37,692 nucleotides of DNA from Candidatus Shapirobacteria bacterium CG2_30_35_20. GTDB lineage: Bacteria > Patescibacteriota > Microgenomatia > UBA12405. Shown here in pieces: positions 33,365 to 37,692 of this stretch. The DNA is taken from the NCBI GenBank assembly GCA_001873665.1, contig MNZO01000020.1:1-37692 (forward strand), in the 5' to 3' direction. The notes beneath the pieces were generated by a model, which did not search any database, was not told the DNA's origin, and saw only the letters and a list, made by a program, of their open reading frames with translations. Made by a program: the position numbers and the translations under genes. How positions within the stretch are numbered: the first letter of the stretch is position 1; each line of letters opens with the position of its first letter.

Positions 33365-36139
33365 ATGTCTTTCTTTACTGAACTTCCTCAAAACCCCAAC
33401 TTTCCACAATTAGAAAAAGAAATCATGGACTGGTGGACACAAAACGATATTTTAAATAAATATTTACACCGTAACGATAAATCAGAAAAAACCTTTTCTT
33501 TTATCGACGGCCCCATCACCGCCAACAACCCCATGGGTGTTCACCATGCCCTCGGTCGCACCCTCAAAGATGTTTTTCAACGTTTTAAAAATTTGCAAGG
33601 TTACGCCCAAAGATTTCAAAATGGTTTTGACTGTCAAGGCCTATGGGTCGAAGTTGAAGTTGAAAAAGACGCTGGTTTTAATTCCAAAAAAGATATTTTA
33701 GATTTTGGCCTTGATAAATTTACTACCGCTTGCATTGACCGAGTCAACAAATTTAGTTTAATTCAAACCGAACAATCAAAAAGATTAGGAATGTTTATGG
33801 ATTGGGAAAATTCATATTACACCAATTCCCAAAACAACAATCTCTATATTTGGCATTTTTTAAAAATTGTTCATCAAAAAGGTTGGCTCGAGCTTCGTAA
33901 AAGCGCTACCACTTGGTGTCCACGTTGTGAAACAGGGTTATCCCAACACGAACAAGCTGATGGATACAAAGACATTACTGACACCTCAGTTTATGTTTAT
34001 TTTAAATTAAAAGATAAAACCAATGAGTACGTTTTAGCCTGGACTACCACCCCATGGACTCTCACCGCCAATGTACTTCTGGCTATAAACACTGATTATC
34101 CCTATGTTAAGACAAAAATAGACGATAAAATCGTTTACCTTGCCAAAGAAGCGGCCACTAGACTAGGCCTGACTGATTATCAAACAATTGATGTCACCAC
34201 ATTATTAAATTTAAAATACGAATCATTATTTGATTTACCAAATCAAAAAAACATAAAACATTTTATTACCGATTGGAAAGAAGTAACACCACAGGAGGGG
34301 ACTGGTGTCGTTCACATCGCCCCTGGTTGTGGCCAAGAAGATTACGAACTTGGCAAAAAATTAGGTGTTCCCATGCCCTCTCCATTAAACGAGCAAGGTC
34401 ATTTTATAGATAATTACGGGGAATTTACTGGTAAATATGCTCATGGAGTCAAAGAATTGGTTTTTGAAAAACTAAAACAAGCCGGTGCTTTTTTTAAAAC
34501 TGAAGATATTATTCATCGCTATCCCCATTGTTGGCGTTGTAAAACCAAATGTTTATTTCGACTCGAAAATAGTTGGTATATAAAAACTGATGAAATCAGA
34601 CCTCTAATGAAAGCTGCGACTGCCAAAATCGAATGGCATCCCAAGTTCGTCAGTTCCCGAATGCAAAATTGGCTCGATTCTATGGACGACTGGATGATAA
34701 GTCGCTCCCGCTATTATGGTCTAGCCCTCCCTTTTTATAAATGTGAATGCGGTGAATTAACCGTTATCGGTTCTCTTGAGGAATTAAAAGAAAAATCTAT
34801 CAATCCTAAGCAAGTCGAAAGATTAACTTCTCTTCATCGCCCATGGATAGACACCATCAAAATAAAATGCCCTAAATGTGGCCAAATTATCTCTCGTATC
34901 CCAGAAGTCGGGGATTGTTGGCTCGATGCCGGAGTAGTTCCCTTTTCCACCTTAAAATATTTAACTGACAAAAGCTATTGGAAAAAATGGTTCCCCGCTG
35001 ATTTAGTTTTGGAAAATACTGAACAAGTTCGACTTTGGTTTTACTCAATGTTATTTTTTGGAGTTACTCTCAAAAACACCATTCCTTACAAAGCAGTTGT
35101 TACTCATGGTGAAGTTCGCGATCAAAAAGGAGAACGTATCTCAAAAACCAAAAAGAATGGCATACCCTACAACGAAGCCGTAGAAACAATGTCCGCTGAT
35201 GCCATGCGCTGGCTATATTGTTTACAAAAACCATCATCTAATGTCGATTTTGGATACGAAATCACAAACGGAGTTAATCGCGAATATATTTTATTATTAT
35301 GGAACACCTACCGCTTCTTCACCCAGCACGCAAACTTAGAGAATTGGAATGGTCCTGAAAACACGTCATTGCCAGGAGGCTCTGCGACGAAGCAATCTCG
35401 TTCGGGATCGATTATGGACTCATGGATTCTGTCTCGTCTTAATTCTACTATTGAAATAGTCACCAAAGACCTAAATCATTTTGGCACCTCAAATGCCACA
35501 AAAGCCATCCAAAATTTTGTGACTGATTTATCCACCTGGTACATCCGCCGCAATCGAGATCGAACTGATAATTTTGAATTACTTTACAAAATATTTACTA
35601 AACTATCAGTTATAATTTCACCATTTACCCCATTTTTAGGTGAAATTTTACACAAAAATTTGACCACCAATACAGAAACTGTCAATCTTGAAAATTGGCC
35701 CAAAGTCAATAAATCCCAAATAGACAAAGGATTAGAATCTCAAATGATTAACGTTCGAAAAATTTGTCAAGATATTCATGCTGCTCGTCAATTGGCCAAT
35801 TTAAAAATCCGCCAACCCTTATCATCAGCTACTATTACCCAAAAACTCAACCATGAATTACTCGAGGTTATAAAAGATGAAACAAATATCAAAAATATTT
35901 CTATCGGTAACAATTTCTCTCTGGAAACCAAACTCAATCCAGAATTAATTGCCGAGGGTGAATATCGTGATTTTATTCGTAGTATTCAAGTTTTACGCAA
36001 AAATCAAGGATTCCAAATCAAAGATAAAATCAACATCGTCGCCCCCAACTGGCCCGTCACTTTTAAATCAGAAATATTATCAAGAACCTTAGCTATTTCA
36101 ATTAAAAAAGGCGATATTCTTACTATTACCAAAGCTTAA
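33365..36139 (+). CDS. ileS: isoleucine--tRNA ligase, type 2
   Basis: DGPITAN..GVHH, WTTTPWTL, GTGVVHIAPG, YPHCWR, DWMISR.R, LHRPWID, EVGDCW.D and RISKT; type-2 C-terminus (KIRQPL...EGEYRDFIRSIQ..RK); ATG 33365. Confidence 0.96.
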   Translation: MSFFTELPQNPNFPQLEKEIMDWWTQNDILNKYLHRNDKSEKTFSFIDGPITANNPMGVHHALGRTLKDVFQRFKNLQGYAQRFQNGFDCQGLWVEVEVEKDAGFNSKKDILDFGLDKFTTACIDRVNKFSLIQTEQSKRLGMFMDWENSYYTNSQNNNLYIWHFLKIVHQKGWLELRKSATTWCPRCETGLSQHEQADGYKDITDTSVYVYFKLKDKTNEYVLAWTTTPWTLTANVLLAINTDYPYVKTKIDDKIVYLAKEAATRLGLTDYQTIDVTTLLNLKYESLFDLPNQKNIKHFITDWKEVTPQEGTGVVHIAPGCGQEDYELGKKLGVPMPSPLNEQGHFIDNYGEFTGKYAHGVKELVFEKLKQAGAFFKTEDIIHRYPHCWRCKTKCLFRLENSWYIKTDEIRPLMKAATAKIEWHPKFVSSRMQNWLDSMDDWMISRSRYYGLALPFYKCECGELTVIGSLEELKEKSINPKQVERLTSLHRPWIDTIKIKCPKCGQIISRIPEVGDCWLDAGVVPFSTLKYLTDKSYWKKWFPADLVLENTEQVRLWFYSMLFFGVTLKNTIPYKAVVTHGEVRDQKGERISKTKKNGIPYNEAVETMSADAMRWLYCLQKPSSNVDFGYEITNGVNREYILLLWNTYRFFTQHANLENWNGPENTSLPGGSATKQSRSGSIMDSWILSRLNSTIEIVTKDLNHFGTSNATKAIQNFVTDLSTWYIRRNRDRTDNFELLYKIFTKLSVIISPFTPFLGEILHKNLTTNTETVNLENWPKVNKSQIDKGLESQMINVRKICQDIHAARQLANLKIRQPLSSATITQKLNHELLEVIKDETNIKNISIGNNFSLETKLNPELIAEGEYRDFIRSIQVLRKNQGFQIKDKINIVAPNWPVTFKSEILSRTLAISIKKGDILTITKA
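35363..35408 (+). repeat. palindromic repeat, copy 4, in-frame inside ileS
   Basis: acgtcattgccaggaggctctgcgacgaagcaatctcgttcgggat, encoding TSLPGGSATKQSRSG. Confidence 0.8.
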
Positions 36140-37143
36140 TGTTATTTAATCATCGGTTGTTTCCAATCGTTTCCTCACTCCTGATTTTTCTGTGTCTAAA
36201 TTTATTGATGATTTCCTCCTTAGCCCCACAACTTTTACTCAAACAAATATTAGCCTGGATTTTTGGTTTTTTGCTTTTTTTTATTGGCACCCAAATCAAC
36301 CCCAATCTCAATCAAAAAACTCGTTGGATTCTTTTCATTGGCTCTTGTCTATTATTATTATTGCCAATTTTAACTGGAAATATCACCCGTGGTTCACGAC
36401 GATGGATAAATATTGGGCTAATCTCATTCCAACCTAGCGAAATCGTCAAACCCCCACTAATGCTATTTTTAGCTTCTCAAAATTTTCCTCTTTTACATTT
36501 AATTCCCGTACTAATTGTCGCCAGTCATCCCGATTTGGGTTCTGCCATTACCCTCCTAGTCTTAATGGTTCCCGTTATTTTATATTCCCCTAAGTTAATA
36601 AAATTATCCATCATCAGCTTTTTTTGTCTATTGATTATTTCTCCATTAATTTGGAAATATCTGATTCACGATTATCAAAAAAATCGCATTGCCACTTTTA
36701 TCAATCCCCAACTCGATCCGCTTGGTCAAGGATACAACTTAATTCAGTCCCAAATTGCTGTTGGTAGTGGGGGGTTATTCGGCAAAGGATATCGTCAAGG
36801 AACCCAAGGACAGTTACTATTTTTACCAGAAAAACACACCGATTTCATATTCGCCGCTACCGCCGAAGAACTCGGTTTAGTTTCCGTCATCCTCATTTTT
36901 TTTGCCTATTTCTTATTGTTAAGCTCCATATTAAAAAAAGCATTTAATACCAAATACAACAAAACCCTGTTTTTATTCACCTTGGGAATTTGTTTCGAAA
37001 TTTGGACCCAAATTATTGTTAACATCGGTATGAATATTGGCTTATTGCCAGTTACTGGCATCCCGCTACCATTTTTATCTGTCGGTGGCTCATCACTAAT
37101 AGCCATCCTTTTTTCTCTTGGTGTGATATACTCAAACTTATGA
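36139..37143 (+). CDS. rodA: SEDS protein RodA
   Basis: GSRRWI, FQPSE, HPDLGS, YQKNRI, GYNLIQSQIAVGSGG, FLPEKHTDFIF and PVTGIPLPF. Confidence 0.9.
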   Translation: MLFNHRLFPIVSSLLIFLCLNLLMISSLAPQLLLKQILAWIFGFLLFFIGTQINPNLNQKTRWILFIGSCLLLLLPILTGNITRGSRRWINIGLISFQPSEIVKPPLMLFLASQNFPLLHLIPVLIVASHPDLGSAITLLVLMVPVILYSPKLIKLSIISFFCLLIISPLIWKYLIHDYQKNRIATFINPQLDPLGQGYNLIQSQIAVGSGGLFGKGYRQGTQGQLLFLPEKHTDFIFAATAEELGLVSVILIFFAYFLLLSSILKKAFNTKYNKTLFLFTLGICFEIWTQIIVNIGMNIGLLPVTGIPLPFLSVGGSSLIAILFSLGVIYSNL

Positions 37144-37454
37144 AATATGCCATTATTGCCACATCTGGCACTCAATACAAAATTGAGGAAAATCAAATAA
37201 TTACTGTTGACAAATTAGAGGGTGAAAAAGATTCAACTGGCAAAATTACTTCGATACTTTTAGTCGTCGATGATGACAAAATAGAAATTGGCAATCCTAC
37301 AGTCAAAAACGCTACTGTTGAATATCAAATTATCAATCAGTATCAAGGTGATAAAGTCCGAGTTTCCAAGTTCAAAGCTAAATCACGTTACCGCAAAACC
37401 ATGGGCTTCCGCGCTCAATTAACCGATATTAAAATCATCAAAATAAATTTATAA
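37140..37454 (+). CDS. rplU: 50S ribosomal protein L21
   Basis: MKYAII.TSG.QYK, KFKAKSRYRK.MGFR..LT; TGaTATACT at 37124-37132 upstream. Confidence 0.96.
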   Translation: MKYAIIATSGTQYKIEENQIITVDKLEGEKDSTGKITSILLVVDDDKIEIGNPTVKNATVEYQIINQYQGDKVRVSKFKAKSRYRKTMGFRAQLTDIKIIKINL

Positions 37455-37461
37455 ATTATTT

Positions 37462-37524
37462 TTAAAATTTTTAAATTAAATCATTTAAAATTGATTGAAA
37501 ATTAAAAATTGTAAATTGAAAATT
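37462..37524 (+). repeat. AAAATT-type heptamer repeat between rplU and rpmA
   Basis: tcatttaaaattgattgaaaattaaaaattgtaaattgaaaatt. Confidence 0.72.
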
Positions 37525-37534
37525 TTTTCAAAAT

Positions 37535-37692
37535 ATGGCACATACAAAATCACAAGGTAAAACAAATCAAAAATCAAACCGTCCCGGACAAAGACTGGGT
37601 ATCAAAAAATCCAGTGGACAAAAAGTAACCGTCGGTCAAATTATTGCTCGCCAAGTTGGCTCCAAATATCATTCTGGTCTTGGTACCAAATT
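37535..37692 (+). CDS. rpmA: 50S ribosomal protein L27 (truncated by the window end)
   Basis: manual translation MAHTKSQGKTNQKSNRPGQRLGIKKSSGQKVTVGQIIARQVGSKYHSG; follows rplU. Confidence 0.93.
   Translation, partial: MAHTKSQGKTNQKSNRPGQRLGIKKSSGQKVTVGQIIARQVGSKYHSGLGTK

Noticed and set aside
1..37692. Alternative genetic code (UGA=Gly), tRNA/rRNA genes, IS transposase, prophage
   Set aside because: TGA terminates full-length genes (several ATGA overlaps), and no such RNA genes or mobile genes were recognised.

Overview
AT-rich bacterial chromosomal segment using standard genetic code 11, with nearly all genes on the + strand. The gene set, compact overlapping genes and lack of Shine-Dalgarno motifs suggest a Patescibacteria/CPR (Microgenomates-like) genome; this is an inference. 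Layout: (1) 1-15.4 kb, a surface-glycan locus (four GT4, two GT2, acetyltransferase, Wzy/WaaL-like and GT-C membrane proteins, ManC, priming sugar transferase, DUF4012-like protein) interrupted by an AbiEii-type pair and a NYN nuclease. (2) recO-glyQS-lipoprotein. (3) A rearranged dcw cluster (rsmH, ftsL, ftsI, murE, mraY, ftsW, murG, ftsA, ftsZ) with no murD, murF, ddl, murB, ftsQ or mraZ in the window. In their place are an Arg/Leu-tRNA-transferase-like gene, an Mpl-like ligase, an NlpC/P60 peptidase, a LysW-like protein ending EEK, a fold-type-II PLP enzyme and an ATP-grasp ligase. (4) A hicBA cassette plus a broken ORF, bounded by copies of a palindromic repeat; a further copy lies in-frame inside ileS. 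(5) An Ile-rich leader peptide and attenuator-like region, a type-2 ileS with a GVHH motif, rodA, rplU and partial rpmA. Best leads: a possible non-canonical peptidoglycan-stem pathway, the ileS leader-peptide attenuator, and two families of repeats that enter coding sequences. All product calls come from motif recognition by eye; no searches were run.
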